DNA of 64,000 nucleotides from Pseudovirgaria hyperparasitica. Its lineage: Eukaryota. The notes under the pieces were generated by a model that was not told the DNA's origin, searched no databases, and worked only from the letters and a program-made list of their open reading frames with translations. Location of the stretch: the NCBI GenBank assembly GCA_010093815.1, contig ML996570.1; one strand, 5' to 3'. Made by a program: the position numbers and the translations under genes. Shown piece after piece: positions 27,627-38,908 of the stretch; the first letter of the stretch is position 1, and each line of letters begins with the position of its first letter.

Positions 27627-29403
27627 ATGACTTCGATTCGTTCTGGCGCGCCACTGGCCAGCACAGCTAACGTTACTGAGCCTCAAGTCGCTCTCCCCCA
27701 CCAAGAAGGTGATGACGCTGATACGCCCTCGAACATTAGATCGCACAAGGAAGACAGGTCCACCGCCTCGTGGTCCGAGAGAGATGCCGAGCTTGGGATT
27801 GATGGATTACAGGAGAAAAATGAGCTACAGGATTCCGCCGACGAACAGGATCCTAATGTAGTTTTCTGGGACGAGCCGATTGATCAGGACCCTAACAATC
27901 CAATCAATTGGAAAGAGGGATGGAAGTGGATGAATATTGCGGTGCTGGCGATATGTACACTTATCACGCACGAACTCCTGGCAACACGCCGAGGACATAA
28001 GCTAATATGATACAGACCTCTCGCCTCGAGTATGTTTGCTCCGGGTGTTCCTCAAATCATGCGGGAGTTCAACACCTCCGACCCAAAGCTCGCCACTTTT
28101 GTCGTTTCTGTCTATATTCTCGGTTTCGCTTTTGGGCCACTCCTAGTCGCGCCCCTGAGTGAAATGTATGGAAGGACAGTTTGCTACCATAGCTGCAATG
28201 TGTTGTTTGTCATATTCGCAATTGGCTGTGCTGTGTCGAACAGCTATGGCATGCTCGTGGCGTTCCGTTTCCTTATGGGTTGCGCCGGATCTGCACCACT
28301 GACTATCGGTGGAGGTACTATCGCAGACATGATGCCTCCCGAACGCCGTGGGTCAGCTATGGCTATCTGGGCCTTGGGGCCCTTGCTTGGACCCGTTATT
28401 GGACCTGTCGCCGGTGGGTTTCTGGTTGAAGGTGCAGGGTGGAGATGGGTATTCTGGCTGCTAGCAATTGTCGTAAGTCTGGTACGAGTGCCTACTGTGG
28501 AATATACTTACTATCTCGCCAGGGCGGTGTCTTTACAGTGCTTGCATTTCTCTTGCTCCGTGAATCCTATGCTCCTGTCTTGATCGGACGCAAGGTAGCT
28601 CGCCTTCGGAAAGAGACCGGAAATATGAATCTACGCAGTAAGCTTGACAACGGACTGACTTCCAAAGAACTGCTCAAGCGTGCTCTTGTGCGCCCAACCA
28701 AGATGCTCTTCCTCTCACCCATCGTGTTCCTCCTTTCGCTCTACATGGCCGTTGCCTACGCCATCCTCTACCTCCTCTTCACCACATTCACATTCGTATT
28801 TGAGCGGAGCTACGGCTTCAGTCCCGGCAACGTCGGCTTAACCTATATCCCCATTGGTATCGGCATGATTATCGGCTTAGCAGTTCTAGGAACACTCAGC
28901 GATCGTCATATCAAAGCGCTAATAGCCCATGGCGTGACACTTCAACCGGAGCACCGGCTACCTTATCTCTTGACTATCCCAGGGGGTTTTTGCATCCCCC
29001 TTGGTATGTTCATATATGGCTGGACGGCGCAATATCAGGTCCATTGGGCAGTACCGTTGCTTGGCACTATTTTCGTGGGCATTGGACTGATCAGTTGCAT
29101 GGTATACTCTTTTCCTCCTGAATGATCTTGCCAATCTACTAACATTCAGACAAGATGTCTATTAACACATACATGATTGATGCGTTCACGCTTCACGCTG
29201 CCTCCGCCATGGCTGCCAATACCGTGCTGCGATCTCTAGCCGGTGCGCTACTGCCGTTGGGTGGCCTGCAAATGTACAATGCTCTAGGATTGGGTTGGGG
29301 AAATAGTTTGATGGGTTTCATTGCGCTTGCCCTCGTACCAGTGCCGGCGGTATTCAAGATCTACGGGCCGTGGTTGAGAAATAGGTTCTGGGTCGAGTTT
29401 TAG
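27627..29403 (+). CDS. MFS drug:H+ antiporter (DHA1 family); introns 27968-28015 (GC-AG), 28473-28522, 29102-29154
   Basis: [48 protein letters not shown] and PEHRL motifs. Confidence 0.92.
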
Positions 29404-30117
29404 AGGGCCAGAGGATCAGTGTAAACAAGTGACACTTGCATTACGTTGCATTGCAGGCGTTGGGGCATACCGAGCGTGTCGAGAAATCCACTGTAGACTT
29501 TATGTAATCATGATTGATGGGTGAAATACCGTTTTTGAGCGACTGAGTCACTGTGGTAAAGCTGCAGTTTGTACTGCACGGCCTCGTAGGTCCTTTGTCG
29601 TGTTTGCATGCCTGTACAGACGATGCCATCCCTGCCCCTGAACCATCTTATGTCAAGAGACTGGGGCCATGTGCAATGTGATGTACTTCGTTTGATTAGT
29701 ATGGTGTACGATGTGGGCGGCAAACCTGGCAATTCTATGACAAACATGCAAATTGCCAGCCTTCTCTTCTCTAACTCATCAACATCATTTCCATCCCATC
29801 ACATATTATATAAGACATGTAGGTGGGTTCTAGACAGCTTACACACCAAGCCTGACGACACCATCCAGGAGAGGTGTATGGTGTATGGCAGTAGCTTTGC
29901 CGGAATCAAAGCCCTGGCCGTGTTCGCACTCCCTAAACAGCAGAAATTTTATCTTTTCCCTCTGCCACTAGCCAACGGGATTGGAGGGAGGCCTGACGGC
30001 TGTGCACTGATCGTGTAGCGCCGTAGACCATAGCGTAGCTTGGCCCGAAGCAGCAGTGTGTATGTGTATAGTGTGAGGGGAACTGACTGTCGTCGCTGTC
30101 ACTCTTGTAGTCGCTCC

Positions 30118-31210
30118 TCAGAGGTACCGACCGAGCCATTCGAGACCCTGATGATAACCTACAGATCAATGCCAAATCAATCAGATCAGTCCTCTGGTCC
30201 GCACGGGTAAGAGGGTATAGGGTGTTTCCTTCCTCCTACCTTGTCCCCTCAAAACAGAGCACATAAACAGCCCAACCGGCCTATCCCTCCCTCCTCTGCC
30301 CCCCTCCGCCCCACTAGCACCACCACCCCGATCAAGCCCCAACTCGGCCCGAAGCTGTTCCTCGCTCACCGCGTCAACGGCATCGATCTTATTCCCTAGC
30401 ACGAGGAAGGGTACCGTGGTGGTGCTGGCCAGGCACTCCAAGGACAGGGCCGAGTCGAGCGCGGCCTTGGCCTGGCGGAAGCGTTCGTGGTCCTGTGCGT
30501 CGACGAGGAAGATGACGGCGTTGATGGGGTGGATGTGGGTGGCGGTGCGCCAGGGTTGGGGCGTGTGTTTGTACATTAGGCCGCCGAAGTCGTAGGGGGT
30601 GATGGGTGTGGAGCTGATGGTGAGTTTTTGGGGGGTTTTTGCTGCTGTGAGGGTGTGTTGTGAGTTGGTGAGTTGGTGAGTTGGTGAGTTGGTGAGTTGG
30701 TGAGTTGGTGAGTTGATGTGTCTTGCGTGGATGCTTCGTGTGCGTTTTCCGGAGGGGGATGTATATGTTGTATATTTCAAATCGGCGGACTCACAGGATT
30801 GGGCATCTGGGGATGGCGAAGTTAGTTAGCGTGCAGCGGGTATCTGAATCGGAAGCAGCAATTCATGCAGTCTGTCTGGCATTGAGGGGGAAAGGGGACA
30901 TGCTTACTATGTGGCTTTGCGGCCATCTGCTCTGTCCGGAGGACGTGGAGAAGGGTCGTCTTGCCGGAGTTGTCGAGTCCGAGAAAGAGGACTTTGATGT
31001 CCTTCTCTACGAGGCCTAGCCAGGAGAGGCCATTGAGGACTATTTGGAGGGGACGGTACTTAGTATTTATATCTGGACATGCTGGTGCTATGGTTGTAGT
31101 TGTTGTTTTCTGGGATTGAGTCATGACTTACACCTAAGGTAGACTAGTTAGAAGAAAGGTTCTAGGGAAAGGGTTTGAGTGGGGTCTTCGTACCATTCTA
31201 GGAACCACAT
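30118..31210 (-). CDS. Divergent Sar1-family small GTPase paralogue; exons 31210-31194, 31133-31132, 31039-30908, 30806-30795, ~30644-30240, 30158-30118
   Basis: Spliced product MWFLEWFLNGLSWLGL..FLGLDNSGKTTLLH..YDFGGL..IFLVDAQDHERF..LGNKID..FMCSVLRGQGYHQGLEWLGRYL* is collinear with Sar1. All splice sites are GT-AG and the frame is intact. Confidence 0.85.
30660..30715. repeat. Tandem octamer (GGTGAGTT)n, about 7 copies, in intron 4 of the Sar1 paralogue
   Basis: Directly visible. Confidence 0.95.
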
Positions 31211-34200
31211 GGGTGCATGTCTGGGGTCTCGACGTGGGTAGGGGAGATTATGGCTTAGTTGTTGCTAATAGGCTGGATGTACTTATTCTAGAATTTGCTC
31301 GGGTTTCTTTTTTTGTTCTACAAGTCAGGGCTCCTATGACGTATGTGGCTTCATACCCGCTATGCTAGTTGATCCATCAAAACTTCTCCATAAACAAATG
31401 TTCCTTGTTCTTGAATGCGATGATACTCCGATATCCCTATTTGATTGCGCAGGCTACGTAGAAATGAAGCGCGCGGTATCCGAGCGGTATACCTCTGCCG
31501 TATCGTGAGGCCACTGTCCGGCTTGGAAAAATATGTAAACACAATAGGGGTAGTGTGTTCACTGACTCCAAAGGCATTACATCACCTAGTACAATATCTA
31601 CTCAAGCGACTCCCTGGAAGACGACATGTTCAAGTTTCTGCTCGCTAGACTTGCATAGTCGTGCGATAGTGAAGCCGATAATATCACGACATGTCTCTAT
31701 TTTACCCCGTCCTAAATGCCTCTTTTCCATTTTACAAACTCATCGTACGGCATAACAGTCACGATTCAAATCTACAGACCTCACTCACCGTGCCTAGAAG
31801 AGAAGAACAGGACGTTGATGTCCGCCACAAAAATATCCGCTAACCACCCGGCATAAAACCCTCGATAGCAACGATGACAATCGCCACTACCCCATGCCGC
31901 TGCTCATCATCACCATTCAATAAACACACCAAACCAACCACACATAGGAAGGCCAAATATACTTCCAAGCACAACCACCACCACCACCACCCTTCGGCTG
32001 CAATGGTAGTGCTAGCAAGGCAATAGTTGTGTTGAGCGAGGGCTCACATACTGAATCCATGCGTCTAGCTCCGGGAGACTGTTGTGTGTAGACGTATTGC
32101 TTCTGGAACTGGGAGGGAGGATAGGGATGGGAGGCGTGCTATATATATATTAGTGTAAGTAAGTAAATCAACTGCCGGGTAACACCGCCCCTGTCACACG
32201 CATTTGTCATGCATTCACTATCCACAAAACATGCATCTGTCTGCTGGATCAGTCAGTATCATTGTGCGACTTACCCGGCAGTGGTGCCTCTCCTTACATA
32301 TATATCTATCCTCGCACAGAGTATACGGCTACTCTACTCGCATACCTACAACAAGGCATTATGGTTCCGTCTTCGACGGATGGGACTTGTGACGACGGTA
32401 GACAGAACATTGGTCCGAAAGCCCCATGTGTGGCGTGCGAAGCGGTGGAAATGTTGGTGATGATCATTGGTATTGGGGGTGGATGGTGGGTAGTAGCTGG
32501 GCGCGGGTGGTATTTGGTGGGGAGTATACGATTGTAAGAGTGAGGGCGGAGTTGTACTGTGGGGTTGGGGAGTGTGAATTGTGATTCTAAATGCTGTGAG
32601 TATGAATGGAGAATATGATAGTATGTATGCATTATGTCCAGCTATGATAATGACGACCATCACCACGGTAACAAACTATCAAAACCCTGATGATGAATAG
32701 CGTATAGTGATGCTAATCATCACCATCATCACGACAGCATAAAGACACATGTCCCAGAACCCTGCGATCAGAAAAAAGCAATCATTCCCACACATAGTTG
32801 TCGTGTAGTGTAAACAAGTGGGAGACACTTAGACAGCATAGTCTTCCATACCGATGTCCCTTGCACATGTTTGCTGACGAGAGGAAGAAGTTTTGGGGCT
32901 TGAGGGGGTGGTATATATATGCACATCTGTAGCTGTTCTGCGTGTGAATAGACTAGACGAATGCCGGGTACGCATCGTATCACACGTCATGCTCGCACGT
33001 CACGTTCGCCGGGTTGGATCGTGGATGAGACGTTGTAGCTGATGACAGAGACAGACATATCTTCACTTTTCAATGTGTGATAACAATATACATCATGTCT
33101 GAACAGCGATAACGTGCACCACTAATGTATAACAACGATGAGCAACACTACTCCCTTGCTCCCTCCCTCCCTCCTCCACATCCCAAACACCAAACAAAGC
33201 ACCCATTCGCAGCACATGCACATACTCCTGGCCCCAAGCATAGATGTGAAACGTTCCTAGGGGCTTATAATTGCATCCCGTTAGCGCTTAGACGGGCGGT
33301 TGATGTATCAGAGTCTTATTGCTGGTGAGTAGGATAACAAAGCAAGATAGAGTAGAGGAGGGGGATATATATAGACAGATACGTGTATATAAGCACGCGT
33401 GAAGTTCCAGCTAGATGAATAGCCGGGTACGTACATACGTACATACGTCCCGCCTCGTGCTTCCACGCCTCATGCTATGGAGGGTAGGAGAAGGAGAGAG
33501 GCAGGGAGGGACAAGCTACGCACAAGACTTATAATAACCCAGACCTCGTGAATAATCTAATCTCAACGAGGGCACAGTGCTTATATTTCTCGTTCCACGG
33601 CCACTGCCTGCGGATCATGTGGATATGGTGGTGGTGGTAATAACCATCTTCACCATTTAATAACATTACTATAGGAGGAAAGTCCACTCAGCACGAGCGA
33701 GACATATGTACCGACGTCGATGCCTTGAGGTAGTGTGTGGGAAAGGGGGTTGTATTGGGAATCTAGTGATGGCCGGGGGATAGCATGGTAGTATGATATG
33801 GAAACTGCGGAGATGGAAGAAAAGGAAGATGGGATAGGCGTATGACGAGTGTTTAATTGAGAGGGAGAGGATATGCTCGGAATGCCGGGTAGGTGTGCTT
33901 TTCACACAGTCATATATTCAAAGTGACGCACATTTCTGTGAAAGGGGTTCCACTACACTCGACACAAGTATATATAAATAGATGACTATAAGTCCCGTGG
34001 ACAACTCAATCACTCACAGCACCCAGAACATAGAAATCTATATTTCCGACATCAATAAGGATATCCGCGATGGATGGCGTGGACCAGGCTTGCCGGTTTC
34101 TTGTGTGCTTTGTCGGGCGCCTTCCCGTCGCGGTGATCTTTCGACCTTGACAACAACATGATTATGCGGCTTGTCGCGCTGCTGCATTGCTACGAGTGTG

Positions 34201-37200
34201 TGATGATGGGTAGTAGCTTTTGGTGCTGATGTGCGGCATGTCTGTGCAGTGATGAAGGCTTGGGTATAGTGGTGATGATGGTGATAGCCATCTGGGAGCT
34301 TGTGAGAGATTCACGCATGCAATGTTGGATGAGTGTTTTACCCCCTATTCACAGCCAATCCGAGGCCAGTCCAGCCAGGTAGATGCCTGGACGCACTCGA
34401 TTGAGGACGAGAGCCAGAAGACTCGAAACAGAATGAAGCGCTGGAGTGCTCTTCCTATGCTAGTCTCACCGCCGCCGTTACTACTTCTGCTGCTCAAAGA
34501 TATCCAGCGAGGCTTTCTAGTCCATGGCGTTTGAGCTAGAGTCTCGTGGCCTTCTTGATGGAAAAATGCTCTTATCTCTACTGGTGATTGCCGTGCGATT
34601 CCACGATCCGAAAGCGCTGCCTCCGCCATCGACAACATCCAAGTCTCGGCTCTTGTGGCTTGTAGACGAGACGTCGCGACTCGTGAACGAGGGGGCTCAT
34701 CTTAAAATAGTCGTCACCTGATATGAGTGCGCTTGACAGAAGCCACGGAATGGGGCGGTCTGGGGCGAGACGTCCCGTTGAAGCCACAACCTCGCAGACC
34801 GGGCAGGGCGTCCACGATGTTCTGCCTTCCTCATGCTTTCAGCGGCGTTGCTAGTGGCTGTTTGTCACAGAGTCAGTCAGTCAGTGGCGCGCTCGAGAAT
34901 GTGGCGATGGAGTGAGTAGTGAGTGGATATATAATTGGCATTGAGTGGAGTCGGAGCCGTGGTGGACTCATCTGTAGTGTACTGTAGTAAGTAAGATACG
35001 TACGAAAGGTAAAACAGGGCGAAGTCTGGAATCGTGGTCGCGGCAGCACCATATCTGATATAGTGGACGGCTACATGATGCCATGCAACAGGGTATCAGT
35101 ACCGGCTGGCAGCGCAGTACAGTACAGTGCAGTACTGCCATGAGGCTCCCCTGTTTCAGAACGCGCCGTGACAGTCTCTGGGCGCGATCGCCGATAAGCG
35201 AAATCCAGACTCAGGCTGGCAGTGCGCCAGCAGGCATGTGTTGAACGGTATCTTTCACGGACAGCACGTCGCGCCATCAGGAATGGAATGGGAAATGATT
35301 GTAAGAATAAGCTCACGGAGAGAAGGCCTCACAGCGTGACATCGCGCAAGATGGATGAATGAAGTCGATTTGTCGGTCCCGGGGCGAGGTTGGTTGCAAC
35401 GTCGCCAAAAGGGAATATAATTGTGCTGCCTGGGCGGACGGGTTCTATGCAAGTCTGGAACGTGTTGCGATGACGCCGGTTCCGGGTTCCTGGGATCGAC
35501 AGGGAGGGCCTGGGCGTAGGATATACGAACGTGCAGCTTCTTACGGGCGTAAGGGAACGGGCGTAAGAGAGCGCACGCGCGGAGGAGAGAGGAAGAGAGA
35601 GAGAGGGCGGGCAGTTGGTTCGAGGCTGGCAAAGCAAAAGCGCAATGTGCGGATTAGGAGTCTGCGTTGTCCTTTTGTGATGACTTTCCAAGGTTTTGCT
35701 TGCTGATGTGATTGAGATGCGCGTACAGTCAAGCTCGCCGAAGCTTCTCTGCTGCTGCGTCTTCATCTCGAGTTTGCACCACTACAGATGTATTAAAATA
35801 TTACCAAGCCTACCCAGGGTCCTCTTTCGTGCCCGTTTCAGCCTCACGATTAAAACTGGAGAAGTGAGCGTTATATGCGATTAATGCCTATCGATTAGAA
35901 AATCTCCTGAAATGGCCCGGGCTGCTGCTGACTGAGACTGCTAGGTGGATGAGGCTTCCCCGCCAAGAGACGGTGGAGTTAAGGCGCGCGTGGATTGTGC
36001 GAAGTCCGAAGCCGCTCTCTCTTACTCTCATCGCTTTCATCACAGTCATAAATAGGCTGATTGATCTATGTAAGCACTATTTTTGCTTGGCATCAATTGT
36101 GTAGCGAACTGGATACAGTCGTAGAGTGCGTGCTACCGTACGTACGTCCTGACATCATCAGGCATGCATAGTTTGTTATACTGAAAGAGCCGTGCCTATG
36201 GATGAAATTCACCATGTGTTTTGCACCTGACGATCGGCAGCCAGCCACGCGACGAGACATTTTCCAGCCTCGCCGACGATCTCCTTGTGTCCGCTGTCAA
36301 ATCGCGATTAGAAATGTTGCAAGGAGAAAGACTAGCTCGAGGATAGATTGAACGGACGTCAACGGTGAATTTAGAGCGCAATTCGCAGCAACGGCGTGAT
36401 TGGTTGGCTGTGCAGGATGCTCAATGCAGATTGGCTACCGGCCATCGTCGATGGCACCAGGATGCGATGGAAGGGTTAGGCAGTACTAAGAAGTAGTACA
36501 TGTATGCCACGAGTCTCGAGAGAAGCTTCTCGGAGCCGTGGACCCTGGGGCGCTTGCAACTAGAGTGGCCAGCAAGACTCCAAGACTCCAGAACTCCCAG
36601 GACTGGAGGTTACGTTACATGTAGAGGAGAGGCGCGTCAAACCAAGTGACGAGACGTCTAGAGGGGCCTGGCGACGCGCGCCTCGTAGCTGGCTGGTGTC
36701 ATCGTCCAACCATCAACGGGGTCACGGGCTGTAGCAGAGAACCGCATTGCCGTCGAGAAGATGATATTGTATGCTTTCTAGCGGTAGCACCGTCGTCTTC
36801 TGCTTCTGATTCTTCTCCGCATAGGATGATAAATCATGGTAATATCACATGGAATAAATAACAAAGGGTGTTAGCGGCACTCGCACGCTCAACGAGGCTT
36901 TTTGTCCGACCGGCGTCCCTGGTCTTGGCTCGCTCATCTCTTGACACTTGAGTGGTGGTGGTAGGCAATTGTGATCGGCAGATCGGCAGGCCGCATGTCC
37001 CCTCCCCGCATAGAAGAATAGTGATATAGATGGCTGGCTCATGAAAAGTGTCTGAGATGGATCCAAGTGAGGAGGTCGTTGTAGTAGAAGGGTAGAACGG
37101 CCAGACTTGAAGCGGTAGTGTTTGGAAAGTATAGCTTGCAGACCGCCTCCGGAACTGGCAAGCAACCGAGAAGCCACTGACGATGGTGTTCTTTGGGTGG

Positions 37201-38160
37201 TGGTTTGGATTGATGCGTGGGGACAGCAAAGAGAGATATGCCTGGTTAGTCGACGGCTTTGGGTGCGCGGCAATAATAACATTAGATTACAGCCTGTGTC
37301 CTTGTACCTTTCTGGCCCCGTCGGAGACAGAAGTCGGACCGAGAGCGGCGAGTGGGCGCAGATATCAGCATAGCGGGCGCAGACTCAAGTCTGATAGTCG
37401 GAGAGGAGTGGCTTACGGAGAGTATTGTAAAGATGGATGGTACCTGGCTAGTTGTTCTGCTAAAGCACGTTATCGCTTGATCGGCGCCAAACTCAGTAGC
37501 ACAGCGGACGATCCCGAACGCTCTCGACCCAGCGGTGTTTGAGTCGCGGCCTTGTCTTTTGTGTTCTGACGGCTGTTACATTGCGGTCGGTCCTGGACAA
37601 AGGGCGGTACGGTAGCTATGTGGGTGGATGTGGTATTATAGTTACTATCATTATTATGATTGTCGTTGTTACTATCATTATAGTAAGCCATGTCGCACAC
37701 CAATAATAACAACGATAATTAACATCTCCAACGTCAAATGCTGCTGCTGCACTACCTCGGAAATATTCTGCACACTGCACACTGCAAACTCCCAAACCGC
37801 AAGCTGCTGCAGGCTGCAAGCAGACTCGAACAGTATGGCGCAGGACAGGCAGGACAGGACGGCATGGTAGGTAGGTAGGTAGGTTAGTTAGCTTTTGATC
37901 GTATATCGTATCCAAGACCAGGTGTAATAAGCCGAAAAACAATCATATCATATGTCATTTTGAGTGTATCAGATGAGATGATGAGATGAGTAGTGTGTGT
38001 AGTTACCGTCACAGGGCCCCATGTCGACCGTTGACGCGATCATAGCGGGTTGGTTTGTTGGTTGGAGGAGGCAGACAGTGATTTATTCGGGGGACGAGGA
38101 GACGCCAACCTTGCGGCAGGCTTGAAGGGGCTTGGGGGCTTGGAGGGGGGGAGGGAGACT

Positions 38161-38200
38161 TGATTAGGCTGGATTAGGCTGGATTAGGCTGGAGTAGGCT
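38161..38200. repeat. Tandem decamer (GGATTAGGCT)x4 upstream of the histidine kinase; (TAC)n tracts follow at 38365-38450
   Basis: Directly visible. Confidence 0.9.
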
Positions 38201-38908
38201 TGGGTAGTTGACACAACTTCAGTCTAGAGCGCGTCCAAATCCTGGGCGGCTCCCCGTGCGCTCTCAACGCCAAGACCCACTTTTCTGCCCTCCGCCTCGC
38301 GCTCCATTCATTCATTGATTCACTCATTCATGGGTTCATGCTTTCTTTCTTACACGAACTAATCATTACTTACTACTTACTACTACTACTTACTGTCTAC
38401 CATGCTCTTGTCGTCATAACACACCTACTACTACTACTACTACTTACTACGCTCACTAATACTGTAATCTGTAATCTGTTTGTTACCCACCACCCTTCAA
38501 CTCTTCTTCTTGGCCCTCTTGACTCACCACCACCTATCTGTGTCCACTCCCTGTCTCCCTCTCTCTGCTCATTCCACCTTGCTGCTCGCATTGCTTGCAT
38601 ACTTCACCTCCCGTCGTTGCTTGCGACCACTTGCATCCTCCGTGCCAATCACATCCCACTCGGCTTCCCTACTTCCGCTTCCGACCACTTCGAAACTCGT
38701 TCTTGCACTCGCACTCGACTCGACTCGAACGCTCTCCCATACACTCTCTCGTTGCTTCCGACTCTTCAGCCGTGGCGCCCAACACTACTTCTACCAAGGA
38801 CGTCCAACAGCTGCATCTCACCAGGATCCAACTCCAACTTGGAACATCGGCCCCTCTTCGTCTTGGAAGCAGATCTCTCCAGCCAGGCAACGCTGGAGCA
38901 ATCCAGGA

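Noticed and set aside
30118..31210. Calling this the canonical sar1 or a pseudogene
   Set aside because: The switch regions are too divergent for canonical Sar1, yet the spliced frame has no stop or frameshift.
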